64,000 nt of DNA from Eledone cirrhosa (lineage: Eukaryota). Where the stretch lies: the NCBI GenBank assembly GCA_964016885.1, contig OZ024744.1:125488001-125552000 (forward strand), in the 5' to 3' direction. This document shows positions 25,872 to 38,300 of this stretch, one piece after another. Under the pieces are notes generated by a model. It saw nothing but the letters and a program-made list of their open reading frames with translations, did no database searches and had not been told where the DNA came from. Both the position numbers and the translations under genes were made by a program. Within the stretch, counting starts at the first letter, position 1. Every line of letters begins with the position of its first letter.

Positions 25872-26266
25872 TCCTTGAATCTCAGTCATTGATGTTGGTT
25901 AACTGGAAAGTCCGTTGGAATGAATATCAAGCCACTACCTGCAGCCTCAGATATTCAGGACGTATCGGAGGGTTCTTGCTGTTCCAAGCAAGCATGCCTT
26001 TTGAAGCGTTCCAAAAAGCGTGAAGGGGCCGATTTTCTTTAACCATCCCTGGAAACTTTTGGAGATGGACAAAAAACTGGAACACAATAGACCTGACCTG
26101 GTGGTTGTGGACAAAGAAAAAAGATCGTGTCTGATTGTGGATGTGGCCTGCCCGTTCAACACGAGAGTGCAAGAGAAGGAGAGGGAGAAAATTAACCGAT
26201 ACCAGGACCTAAAGTGGGAGGTGAAAAGGATTTGGAACTTCCATGAAGTCAAAGTGATCCCGATTG
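25872..26266 (+). mobile_element. Fragment of a restriction-like endonuclease (REL) non-LTR element, R4/Dong-like, within an (ATT)n tract
   Basis: HNRPDLVVVDKEKRSCLIVDVACP..EKEREKINRYQDLKWEVKRIW..VKVIPI, a PD..D REL motif; (ATT)n on both sides. Confidence 0.75.
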
Positions 26267-26307
<41 letters not shown>

Positions 26308-26334
26308 TATTATTTGTTTTATTATAATCAAAAT

Positions 26335-26862
26335 ATGCTGTTAGTTAGATCTGCATTGTGTACATTTTATATAATTTATGCCAGTTCCTTTTCTACATAT
26401 CGAACATGGCCATTTCCCTGACGGAATAGAGTTTTGTCCTCTTTTCTACTCATCAACACTCATTCGTGACACAAAGTACAGCCAGCGGCATCATTGCGGA
26501 CAGACTTAATCCTGATTTGCACTGACACACTGCCTCGCAATACGGAACACCGCACGTCTTTGATCTTCTTCCCGTCGATCAGCCTCCTTGCCATGCAAAG
26601 TACACCTGACGTCTAGCTTCTCTCTTAGCGGCGGCGGCTGTATATTCTTCTCTACTCCCACTAATTTTCCAAGCATTCCATGCTAGTCTTTAGTCTCCAA
26701 TGGCCCGATCTACAGTTTCTGTCTCAACTCGTCTATGCTTGGTCGTTCCCGCACATTGACATTGCACATCCAACGGAGCATGCTTGCTTCATTTCTCTCC
26801 AGCCGTCGCATGTCCTCTGCAGTTGCTGCCCGTGTCTCACTACCATGCAGCATCGCGCATCT
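26335..26862 (-). mobile_element. RTE-clade LINE fragments (paralog of 24430-24783 plus a C-terminal piece)
   Basis: Near-identical to 24430-24783; also AMLHGSET..DMRRLERNEASMLRWMC. Confidence 0.7.
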
Positions 26863-27742
26863 AAACCTGGCCCTTACCCTAACCCCAACCTCTTTGGTTT
26901 TCGTTTTCTCGACGGCTAGCCGCATTTCGTGATCCGCCTTTCGATTGCGCTTCCGTCGCGGCAAAAGAATTGCCTTTCCAGACCGCCGTCGCCCGACCGG
27001 ACCCATGATAGAAGACGTTCGTTACCGTTGGAGCAACGCAAATTACTCCTCGGTTGACGCCAAAAACGAACGCCTTCCCGCCTCGCGCCGCCTTCTCCTC
27101 GCCGACCCTCGGCCTCGACGATTAGCCACTTTCCGTCACAGCAGTAGATACGCGTCCGTCGTAATAGCCGTCATTTTAACGCAGGAGAAACGCCTAATTG
27201 CCCTGCACCGCGTTTGACGGCGATCTACGACGGCGACGATGCGCGCACTCTTCCTTGCTGCGACGAAGGTTTCGGCTTTTCGTCGTGGACCCGGTCAGGT
27301 CATGCCGCTGACCTCGCGTTACGGCGACGCGAGAAGACGTTCGTTACCGCTGGAGCAACGCAAATTACTCCTCGGTTGACGCCAAAAACGAACGCCTCGC
27401 GCCGCCGCTTCCTCCTCGGCCTCGACGATTAGCCGCTTTCCGTCACAGCAGTAGATACGCGTCCATCGTAATAGCCGTCATTTTAACGCAGGAGAAACGC
27501 CTTGACGACGATATACGACGGGTCGACGACGCGCGCACTCTTTCTGCTGCGACGAAGGTTTTGGCTTTTCGTTGTGGACCCGGTCGGGTCATGCCTCTGA
27601 CCTCGCGTTGCGTCGCCACCGCCGCGGCGGGCTTGGGTTTAGCCGTAGCTACCCTCGTTTTGCCAACGGCGACGCGAGAAGACGTTCGTTACCGCTGGAG
27701 CAACGCAAATTACTCTTCGGATGAGGCCAAAAACGAACGCTG
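26863..27742 (+). repeat. Diverged orphan copy of the telomere-like / 172-bp repeat / ETS-like module, with no 18S following
   Basis: CCCTAACCCCAACC, then TTCTCGACGGCTAGCCGCATTTCGTGATCCG.. and three copies of GAAGACGTTCGTTACCG.TGGAGCAACGCAAATTACTC, as at 33853-35090. Confidence 0.85.
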
Positions 27743-27819
27743 AAGAGATATTGTCCATGGATATCGGGAATTTTACCCGCCCTAGATAGATAGATAGATA
27801 GGGATGTATGTATGTATGT

Positions 27820-27859
<40 letters not shown>

Positions 27860-28238
27860 GTATGTATCTTTCTCATTCTCTCTGTATGTATGTATGTATG
27901 TATATATATATAATTATATATTTATAGACATCCTGAAAGCTTTTTAAATGTCTGAGAGATTGGCTAAATATGTTTTGCAGGTATGACCAGTAAGAGAGAG
28001 GTAAGTTATTTCAAAACAATTCTTTGACCATTATTTTAAGGTACTATCTCAGTGTATTTTTAAATTGACCTCTTGATAGGATGAAATGACCTGTATAATT
28101 TTTTTCATATTTAGATGGAATAGAAGAAAAACAAGAAAAATGAAATGAATTCAAACAGAAAATATACACCAATGCCAATGGAGGTATGATTTCAGTTTAA
28201 TCTTAACCTAATGACCACTTTACAGAGTGTACTGGATA

Positions 28239-28313
<75 letters not shown>

Positions 28314-28744
28314 AGGAAGCTCCAACCGTTAAGGTTGTCTTTCCATTTATTAATATATTGTGTATTTACTCCACTAAACTGTTGAGTGCTTTATATCAGT
28401 TATAAAAAAATTTCAGCTTGTTGAATCCCAAAATAGTTGTTGAAACAGCCACAGCTCAGCCGTCGGGGTCCTGAATATTTATCATATATATATACGTATG
28501 AGTGTGTGTGTTTTGAGAATTAATAATTATATAAACAAGTTTGTAATGAACAATTTATTTCTTATCAAAACTGTATAAACATGATATTATTTACAGTAAG
28601 AATAACAATAATAATGATGGTTTCTAGTAAAGGTGGAAGGCCAGTAATTTGGGGGAGGGGAAAGTTGATTAAATCGAAGAGAGAAAGAAAGAAAAAACAG
28701 AACGGGAAGGAGAGGGGATGGCAAGAGGTCCGGTGTCGCAGGAG

Positions 28745-29260
28745 AGAGGGGAGGGTGGTTGAGCTTTGAGTCTAGGGCAAGAGGGCAGAAATGCTGCGCC
28801 CCACGGATAAGACGGCAAAAATATTCTCGCGGACGATGGCCAGAGATACCCAATGCAACAACCACCCAACCTCGCGGTGTTCCCTCCTCAGATGGGCTGC
28901 TGACTCTCCGATCTTTTGGAGGAGCTCGGCAGTACAAGGTCCAAGTACTCCTGGGGTCTCGACGTTGACTGGTGCAGAGAGGAAGTGGCCGGACAATCCT
29001 CGGTATTTGTTTATTTTACGTTCTTCTGCGAGGTGGGCTGCGATGCCGGGGTTTGTGACCGAAACGACTTGGAAACGAAGTTGTAGGCGGAGATTGTGTC
29101 GTAGCTGGTGGTGTCCCAGATGAGGGACCTACGTCCTTCGAATGGGAAGAGAGTGATTCCGTCGGGGCGCTTGCCATCTCCGGGACCTGTTGGCCCCAGT
29201 TGTGATGGGAAGCCAGCTGCGTCCAGGCTTCTTCTCAATATGTCGTTGACAACGACGTGT
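28745..29260 (-). mobile_element. Decayed CRE-like non-LTR element 3' fragment (REL endonuclease)
   Basis: GDGKRPDGITLFPFEGRRSLIWD and WLLHWVSLAIVRENIFAVL resemble CRE-clade C-termini. Confidence 0.65.
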
Positions 29261-29609
29261 ATCTATTCAATAATTATTTGAATATTGAAATTTTAGGTTT
29301 AACTACCTTTTAAACCAAATACATTAAGAAAGGCATGACCAACACCACATCATTTTTATTTCTATTTTGAAAGTAGGTTTATAAGTATTAAATTTCAGTA
29401 GATTCTTATATCCTTCATGGTGGTCTGGTGGGAGATACGAGAGATGGTGGAGGTTCTGGTCTGGGGTTCAATCCTGCTCAGGAGATACTCTAAGGGGGTT
29501 CATACTAAACTTCTTCAGTGTTTCTTATCTCTAGAGACAAATATATATACATAAGGTAATCTGGTAAAGTTGTTAGAACATCACATAGAATTCTTTGTAG
29601 TATTTTTTC

Positions 29610-29690
29610 CAGTTCTTCAATCTGAGTTCAACTTTACTTTTCTTCCATTCGGGGTTGATAATAACGTACCAGTCAAATACTAGGGGTTAA
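29610..29690 (+). mobile_element. Diverged SINE fragment
   Basis: CTGAGTTCAACTTTACTTTTCTTCCATTCGGGGTTGATAA..GTACCAGTCAAATACTAGGGGT. Confidence 0.55.
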
Positions 29691-29804
29691 TTCTTCCTCT
29701 ATATCTCTTTCTCACTCTCTGTCTGTTTTATTAAGACCTGGAGAGGTGATGTACTCTACCAGGTTTTATAATGAGTGATGGGGTCATACCTGCCTGCTAC
29801 ACCT

Positions 29805-30127
29805 CTGTGTACTAAGTGTAGCATATTATATCCTTGTTCAGGGCCTTCCTGACATTACTGTGTACTAAGGGTAGCATTTTATATCCTTGTTCAGGGCCAT
29901 CTTAACATTGCTGTGTACTAAGTGTAGCATATTATATCCTTGTTCGGGGCCTTCCTGACATTAGTGTGTACTGAGTGTAGATTTTAACATCCTTGTTCTG
30001 GGCCTTCCTAACATTACTGTGTACTGAGTGTAGATTTTAACATCTTTGTTCAGAGCCTTCCTTACATTACTGTGTACTAAGTGTAGCATTTCATATACTT
30101 GTTCTGGGCCTTCCTAACGTTACTGTG
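29805..30127. repeat. ~53-bp minisatellite (6 units)
   Basis: CTGTGTACTAAGTGTAGCATATTATATCCTTGTTCAGGGCCTTCCTGACATTA repeated. Confidence 0.85.
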
Positions 30128-30905
30128 GAAATAGTAGTTTATATCCAATATGTAATATAGATATGGATTCTACAGGACTAAAACTCATTAATATGAGGGG
30201 TATTAGTAGATTATATGCCATATTTAATAGAGAAATGGCTTCTACAAGACTAAAACTCATTAATATGAGGGGTATTACAGTTTATATGCCATATTTAATA
30301 CAGAAATGGCTTCTAAAGGACTAGAACTCTTTAAATTGAATAAAATAGTAGTATATATCCTATGTTTAATACAGAAATGCCTTCTAAAGGACTCATTAAT
30401 ATGAGGGTATTAGTAGATTATATAACATATTTAATACAGAAATGGCTTTTAAATTCAGGGACTCGTTAATTTGATGGAAATAGTAGTGTCTATGCAATAT
30501 TTAATACAGAAATAGCTTCTACAGGACTAAAACTAATTAATATGAGGGGTATTAGTAGTATATGTGCCATATTTAATACAGAGATGGCTTCTAAATGGAG
30601 GTATCTCATTAATTCGATTGAAATGGTAGTGTATATGCAATATTTAATACAGAAATAGCTTCTACAAGAATAAAACTCATTAATATGAAGGTTATTATTA
30701 CATTATATGCCATATTTAATACAGAAATCGGTTCTAAAGGACTAGAACTCTTTAATTCAAATCAAATAGTAGTATAAAGCAATATTTACTACAGAAATGG
30801 CTTCTACAAGACTAAAAATCCTTAATATGAGGGGTATTGTTAGATTATATACCATATTTAATACAGAAATGGCTTCTAAATGAAGAAATCTCTTTAATTC
30901 GATAG
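30128..30905. repeat. ~70-bp AT-rich minisatellite (~11 units)
   Basis: ATTTAATACAGAAATGGCTTCTA recurs about every 70 bp. Confidence 0.85.
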
Positions 30906-31562
30906 TAATAGTAATAATAATAATAGTAATAGTAATAATACAGCCAATTTTCCACGCAATACTTTTAGTTAGCACCCCGAACGCATAATTGGGAATATAA
31001 TCACTTATTTCCTAATGTTTGTTGAGTGAGTTGGGAAAAAAAACTTGGGAAATATATTTTCAGGGTCTCAAAATCTTAAAGAGAAAAAAAAGTCCTGTGG
31101 AAGGTAGCAAAACAATTAGGAAGAAAATGGTTTGAAGTTGGTTGGTGAGTATAAGATTACAGTATCTTGTTGATTTCTATAAAGTTTACTTTTAACTGAA
31201 TTGGTAAAAATGGATAAATTAGAAGACACAATATAATAACTAATATTGTCTTCTAAAACAGGGAATAAAAATATGTTGGTGTATTGGGGGGGGGGGGGGG
31301 GGGTAAACATGTGAGTTAATGGGAATGTTTTTGTTTGTTTTTATTGAAACATATTCAATCTACAGATAGGTTGTTATAGTTATTTAGTCTCGGGTCTGCC
31401 ATTATCTGCAGATTTATAATTGAGGGGTGTTCCAGGTGTGACCACCCTACATTATTCCTAGAGATTGTTACTCCTTCATTCTTCAGTCATCTTGGTCTTC
31501 TTATGAGATGGTGGTGTAGTCTTATTTATTGTTAAGGTTATGGTCTTCCTTTGTCCACACTC

Positions 31563-31600
<38 letters not shown>

Positions 31601-31859
31601 AAAGGCTTCCTTCTCTGGAAAAAGATGATTTAATATTCACAACCATCTGTCTAATTGTTTTCTGATGAGAATAAAGTTAATCTTGCTTGTATGTCTACCT
31701 GATCAAATGACTGGCTGATATCTTGAAGTCATTTACACCACAGAACTGTAGGAGTCTTGATCCCTCAAGCCATACCTCTAGCCATCATGTACTCCAAAAG
31801 AGTCTCACCTTGGTGCTACTCAACATGTCCATTAAATTTAGCAGCAAGGATGCCCTCTT

Positions 31860-32630
31860 CTTAGTGAGAGACAACTACAAGAGAGGTTCTTAGAGAAGAA
31901 TAAGCCACTATAGTTAACTTTTGTTGACATAGAGAACCCCGATCTGTCATCTGGTGGTCCTTAAGGAAACTAGGTGTAGGGGAATGGCTTGTGAGGACAG
32001 TGCAAGCTATGTACAAGGGTGCTGTCAGTAAAGTGAGAGGAGGAATTCCAGAAACAAAGTAGGTGTACATCAGGGTTCGGTCCTCAGTCCGCTCTTGTTC
32101 ATTATAGTCCTCCCTCCCTCCCTCCCTCCCTCCCTCCAAGCCATAACAGAGGAGGAGTAGTTTAAGACTGGATGCCCATGGGAACTTCTCTATGCTGACG
32201 ATCTGGTTCTTATAGCAGAATCAGTAGAGGAGCTAGCTAGAGAATAAATTCTGGCTATGGAAACAGCAGTAGTTGGAATCAAGAAGACTGAGAGTGAACC
32301 TAGCTAAGACAAAAGTGTTTATAAGTAGAAGAGAGGACAAAACTCTGATTCTGTCAGGGAAATGGCCATGTTCGATATGTAGGAAAGGAGTTGGCATAAA
32401 TTCTATGAAATGTAGTACGCAATGCAGATCTTGGCTACACAAGAGATGTAGTGGGATAGCAGGAAAACTGACTGACAGGTAGGGAGAAATACGTATGCAG
32501 TAGATGTACAGGGAAATTTGACAGAGATTGCAGTGATAGACACATTTTTCAAATGCAGGTGGGATCTATAGAGGGAGTTGATAGCTTCTGATACCTAGGT
32601 GATCAGATTAGTAAGGGAGGAGGGTGATAT
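31860..32630 (+). mobile_element. Decayed RTE-clade RT fragment with Cys-rich insert
   Basis: GVHQGSVLSPLLF, ELLYADDL (~32182-32205) and SGKWPCSICRKGVG..C..C..WLHKRCSG; frameshifted. Confidence 0.8.
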
Positions 32631-33039
32631 AAAATATATTGTTATCATGACTGTCTTTATTATTTAAATTACCTCTGTCTATTTACAGATTTTACAGAGT
32701 GTACTGGGTGCTTTTATGATGGGAGCAGCAACTCTATACGATTTTACAGAGTGTACTTGGTGCTTTTATCATGGCACATGGCAGCAGCAGCAGCAGCAAC
32801 TACGATTTTACAGAGTGTACTTGGTGCTTTTTACTCTGACATCAGCACTGAGGAAGTTGTCATATTTTCAGCTAAATTAATGAGTAGAAAAACCAAGTTT
32901 CTGCTACAAAAAATTCTCAGATTCAAGGGAGACATTCAGTTTAAGTATGGTATACTGTCACTAAGGCAGCAAATTGGCAGAGTCGCTAGAATATCAGATA
33001 GCATTCTTTACATTATTTGTTTCAGCTCTCTGTTCTCTC

Positions 33040-33122
33040 AATTCAAATCCTGCTCAGGTCAACTTTGCCTTTCATCCATACAAAATAGATTAATAAAAGT
33101 ACCAGTGTATTACTGGGGTCAA
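33040..33122 (+). mobile_element. Diverged SINE fragment
   Basis: TTCAAATCC..AGGTCAACTTTGCCTTTCATCC..AAAGTACCAGT..TACTGGGGTC. Confidence 0.6.
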
Positions 33123-33155
33123 TTCTTCTTCTAACTCTTCTGCACTTCCATTCTC

Positions 33156-33192
<37 letters not shown>

Positions 33193-33424
33193 GCTTCTTT
33201 AGAACACATCTGCTGTATTCAGACCTGGAGCGGAGATGGGCTCCACCAAGTTTTAAAAATTGCCCTTTAAGCGCTGTATGTCAATATGGTGCCCCTATGA
33301 TTCCCTCCCTCAGGAGTTATGGGACCATAGATACTGTCAATTGTAAAGAATAACAGAGATATTCAGTGCTAGTGTGGTGTTCTGTCAGTTGTGGAGATTG
33401 ATGAATCTAAACAGAAATATCAAC

Positions 33425-33615
33425 AGCACTTTTCATTTCTGAGTAACACATTTGTTACCAAGTGCTGCATGGCTGGAATGAAAATCAGTGCTGTGAAAAC
33501 CAAGACATTCATCCTCTCAAGGAAGCTTGTGCAGTGCACTCTACATGTAAATGGAGTCCCACTGAAGCAGGTAGAAAAGTTCATGTATCTCGAAGCTGTG
33601 TTCACGAGTGATGAC
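33425..33615 (+). mobile_element. LINE RT C-terminal fragment
   Basis: GMKISAVKTK...NGVPLKQVEKFMYL. Confidence 0.55.
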
Positions 33616-33662
33616 AGAGACGGCAAAGGCACAACACACAACAGAAGAAAAGAACAATGACA

Positions 33663-33695
<33 letters not shown>

Positions 33696-33757
33696 TGTTT
33701 TATTAGTTTTATTATAATAAAAATTGTGCTGTTAGTTTGCTTGCTATACCATCATGT

Positions 33758-33852
33758 ACCCTAACCCTAAACCTAACCCCAACTCCAACTCTGACCCTAA
33801 ACCTAACCCCAACCCCAACCCCAACCCTAACCCTAACCCTAACCCTAACCCA
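33758..33852 (+). repeat. Interstitial telomere-like (CCCTAA/CCCCAA)n tract
   Basis: About 15 hexamers, ending in a perfect CCCTAA run directly abutting the 172-bp array. Confidence 0.9.
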
Positions 33853-34783
33853 CGATAGAAGACGTTCGTTACCGCTGGAGCAACGCAAATTACTCCTCGG
33901 TTGACGCCAAAAACGAACGCCTTCTCGACGGCTAGCCGCATTTCGTGATCCGCCTTTCGATTGCGCTTCCGTCGCGGAAAAAGAATTGCCTTTATAGGCC
34001 GCCGCCGCCGCCCGACCGGACCCACGATAGAAGACGTTCGTTACCGCTGGAGCAACGCAAATTACTCCTCGGTTGACGCCAAAAACGAACGCCTTCTCGA
34101 CGGCTAGCCGCATTTCGTGATCCGCCTTTCGATTGCGCTTCCGTCGCGGAAAAAGAATTGCCTTTATAGGCCGCCGCCGCCGCCCGACCGGACCCACGAT
34201 AGAAGACGTTCGTTACCGCTGGAGCAACGCAAATTACTCCTCGGTTGACGCCAAAAACGAACGCCTTCTCGACGGCTAGCCGCATTTCGTGATCCGCCTT
34301 TCGATTGCGCTTCCGTCGCGGAAAAAGAATTGCCTTTATAGGCCGCCGCCGCCGCCCGACCGGACCCACGATAGAAGACGTTCGTTACCGCTGGAGCAAC
34401 GCAAATTACTCCTCGGTTGACGCCAAAAACGAACGCCTTCTCGACGGCTAGCCGCATTTCGTGATCCGCCTTTCGATTGCGCTTCCGTCGCGGAAAAAGA
34501 ATTGCCTTTATAGGCCGCCGCCGCCGCCCGACCGGACCCACGATAGAAGACGTTCGTTACCGCTGGAGCAACGCAAATTACTCCTCGGTTGACGCCAAAA
34601 ACGAACGCCTTCTCGACGGCTAGCCGCATTTCGTGATCCGCCTTTCGATTGCGCTTCCGTCGCGGAAAAAGAATTGCCTTTATAGGCCGCCGCCGCCGCC
34701 CGACCGGACCCACGATAGAAGACGTTCGTTACCGCTGGAGCAACGCAAATTACTCCTCGGTTGACGCCAAAAACGAACGCCTT
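33853..34783 (+). repeat. 172-bp GC-rich tandem repeat (5.4 apparently identical units); candidate rDNA spacer promoter/enhancer repeats
   Basis: Period 172 (34025, 34197, 34369, 34541, 34713); lies ~350 bp upstream of the 18S 5' end. The promoter role is inference only. Confidence 0.9.
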
Positions 34784-35131
34784 CCGGTTCGGGCGACGTA
34801 AAAGTCTGTAGCCTTTTCGACGATTATCCGCCTTCCGAACAACCGCCTTTCCGCCGTCACAGCAGTAGGTACTCGTCCGTCGTAATAGCCGTCATTTTAA
34901 TGCAGGAGAAACGCCTATATGGACTGCGATTGACGACGATCTACGACGCGCTTACTCTTCCTTGCTGCGACGAAGGTTTCGTTCGGCTTTTCGTCGTGGA
35001 CCCGGTCAGGTCATGCCGCTGATCTCGCGTTGCGTCGTTACCGCTGGAGCAACGCAAATTACTCCTCGTTTAACGCCAACATCGAACGCGCTTCGGTTCT
35101 CGGTCGTCGTTGTTTTGTTTCGTGCGGAAGA
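34784..35131 (+). other. 5' ETS-like segment
   Basis: CpG-rich segment immediately upstream of the 18S 5' terminus; assigned by position. Confidence 0.5.
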
Positions 35132-35316
35132 TACCTGGGTGATCCTGCCAGTAGTCATATGCTTGTCTCAAAGCTTAAGCCATGCAAGTGGAAGTTCATG
35201 CCGTAAACGAAAATGGTGAAACCGCGAATGGCTCAGGAACCGGATCTAATCCTCGGGACCGTATTCCTCACCGCGAGGAGAGGATAACTGTGGCAATTCT
35301 AGAGCTAATACATGCA
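35132..35316 (+). pseudogene. 18S rRNA 5'-terminal fragment
   Basis: TACCTGGGTGATCCTGCCAGTAGTCATATGCTTGTCTCAAAGCTTAAGCCATGC, GTGAAACCGCGAATGGCTCA and GGATAACTGTGGCAATTCTAGAGCTAATACATGC match the universal eukaryotic SSU start; truncated after ~185 nt. Confidence 0.95.
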
Positions 35317-35324
35317 ATTGAGAT

Positions 35325-38300
35325 CGGAGAGGGAGCGATCCGTCTGCTTGATTCCGATAACGAACGAGACATTCGTATCCGAAAGAACGTTTGTCTGGAA
35401 ACTGGTGAGTCAGTGAGTCGAAAAAAAAATATCTCGGTGGTAGTAGCAAATATTCGAACGAGACATTCGTATGCGAAAGAACGTTTGTCGGTGGTAGTAG
35501 CAAATATTCGAACGAGACATTCGTATGCGAAAGAACGTTTGACGGTGGTAGTAGCAAATATTCGAACGAGACATTCGTATGCGAAAGAACGTTTGTCTGG
35601 AAGTGGCGATCCATGCCCGGTGGATAGTTGGTTCCGGGTTTTACTATGATTGTTGCAAAACAGAAACTTAAAGGGATTGACAGAATTTGCGATTCCGGAG
35701 AGAGGGCGATCCGTCTGCTTGATTCCGATAACGAACGAGACATTCGTATCCGAAAGAACGTTTGTCTGGAAACTGGTGAGTCAGTGAGTCGAAAAAAAAA
35801 TATCTCGGTGGTAGTAGCAAATATTCGTATGCGAAAGAAAAGATCTCGGTGGTAGTAGCAAATATTCGAACGAGACATTCGTATGCGAAAGAACGTTTGT
35901 CTGGAAGTGGCGATCCATGCCCGGTGGATAGTTGGTTCCGGGTTTTACTATGATTGTTGCAAAACAGAAACTTAAAGGGATTGACAGAATTTGCGATTAC
36001 GGAGAGGGGGCGATCCGTCTGCTTGATTCCGATAACGAACGAGACATTCGTATCCGAAAGAACGTTTGTCTGGAAACTGGTGAGTCAGTGAGTCGAAAAA
36101 AAAATATCTCGGTGGTAGTAGCAAATATTCGAACGAGACATTCGTATGCGAAAGAACGTTTGTCGGTGGTAGTAGCAAATATTCGAACGAGACATTCGTA
36201 TGCGAAAGAACGTTTGTCTGGAAGTGGCGATCCATGCCCGGTGGATAGTTGGTTCCGGGTTTTACTATGATTGTTGCAAAACAGAAACTTAAAGGGATTG
36301 ACAGAATTTGCGATTACGGAGAGGGGGCGATCCGTCTGCTTGATTCCGATAACGAACGAGACATTCGTATCCGAAAGAACGTTTGTCTGGAAACTGGTGA
36401 GTCAGTGAGTCGAAAAAAAAAATATCTCGGTGGTAGTAGCAAATATTCGAACGAGACATTCGTATGCGAAAGAACGTTTGTCGGTGGTAGTAGCAAATAT
36501 TCGAACGAGACATTCGTATGCGAAAGAACGTTTGTCGGTGGTAGTAGCAAATATTCGAACGAGACATTCGTATGCGAAAGAACGTTTGTCTGGAAGTGGC
36601 GATCCATGCTCGGTGGATAGTTGGTTCCGGGTTTTACTATGATTGTTGCAAAACAGAAACTTAAAGGGATTGACAGAATTTGCGATTCCGGAGAGGGGGC
36701 GATCCGTCTGCTTGATTCCGATAACGAACGAGACATTCGTATCCGAAAGAACGTTTGTCTGGAAACTGGTGAGTCAGTGAGTCGAAAAAAAAATATCTCG
36801 GTGGTAGTAGCAAATATTCGTATGCGAAAGAAAAGATCTCGGTGGTAGTAGCAAATATTCGAACGAGACATTCGTAGGCGAAAGAAAAATATCTCGGTGG
36901 TAGTAGCAAATATTCGAACGAGACATTCGTATTCGAAAGAACGTTTGTCTGGAAGTTGCGATCCATGCCCTGTGGATAGTTGGTTCCGGGTTTTACTATG
37001 ATTGTTGCAAAACAGAAACTTAAAGGGATTGACAGAATTTGCGATTCCGGAGAGGGGGCAATCCGTCTGCTTGATTCCGATAACGAACGAGACATTCGTA
37101 TCCGAAAGAACGTTTGTCTGGAAACTGGTGAGTCAGTGAGTCGAAAAAAAAAATATCTCGGTGGTAGTAGCAAATATTCGAACGAGACATTCGTATGCGA
37201 AAGAACGTGTGTCGGTGGTAGTAGCAAATATTCGAACGAGACATTCGTATGCGAAAGAACGTTTGTCTGGAAGTGGCGATCCATGCTCGGTGGATAGTTG
37301 GTTCCGGGTTTTACTATGATTGTTGCAAAACAGAAACTTAAAGGGATTGACAGAATTTGCGATTCCGGAGAGGGGGCGATCCGTCTGCTTGATTCCGATA
37401 ACGAACGAGACATTCGTATCCGAAAGAACGTTTGTCTGGAAACTGGTGAGTCAGTGAGTCGAAAAAAAAATATCTCGGTGGTAGTAGCAAATATTCGAAC
37501 GAGACATTCGTATGCGAAAGAACGTTTGTCGGTGGTAGTAGCAAATATTCGAACGAGACATTCGTATGCGAAAGAACGTTTGTCGGTGGTAGTAGCAAAT
37601 ATTCGAACGAGACATTCGTATGCGAAAGAACGTTTGTCTGGAAACTGGTGAGTCAGTGAGTCGAAAAAAAAATATCTCGGTGGTAGTAGCAAATATTCGA
37701 ACGAGACATTCGTATGCGAAAGAAAAATATCTCGGTGGTAGTAGCAAATATTCGAACGAGACATTCGTATGCGAAAGAACGTTTGTCTGGAAGTGGCGAT
37801 CCATGCCCGGTGGATAGTTGGTTCCGGGTTTTACTATGATTGTTGCAAAACAGAAACTTAAAGGGATTGACAGAATTTGCGATTCCGGAGAGGGGGCGAT
37901 CCGTCTGCTTGATTCCGATAACGAACGAGACATTCGTATCCGAAAGAACGTTTGTCTGGAAACTGGTGAGTCAGTGAGTCGAAAAAAAAATATCTCGGTG
38001 GTAGTAGCAAATATTCGTATGCGAAAGAAAAGATCTCGGTGGTAGTAGCAAATATTCGAACGAGACATTCGTAGGCGAAAGAAAAATATCTCGGTGGTAG
38101 TAGCAAATATTCGAACGAGACATTCGTATTCGAAAGAACGTTTGTCTGGAAGTTGCGATCCATGCCCGGTGGATAGTTGGTTCCGGGTTTTACTATGATT
38201 GTTGCAAAACAGAAACTTAAAGGGATTGACAGAATTTGCGATTCCGGAGAGGGGGCGATCCGTCTGCTTGATTCCGATAACGAACGAGACATTCGTATCC

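Noticed and set aside
33712-34713. Repeated 125-aa ORFs and a poly-GL/RV ORF
   Set aside because: Products of the 172-bp repeat and telomeric hexamers.
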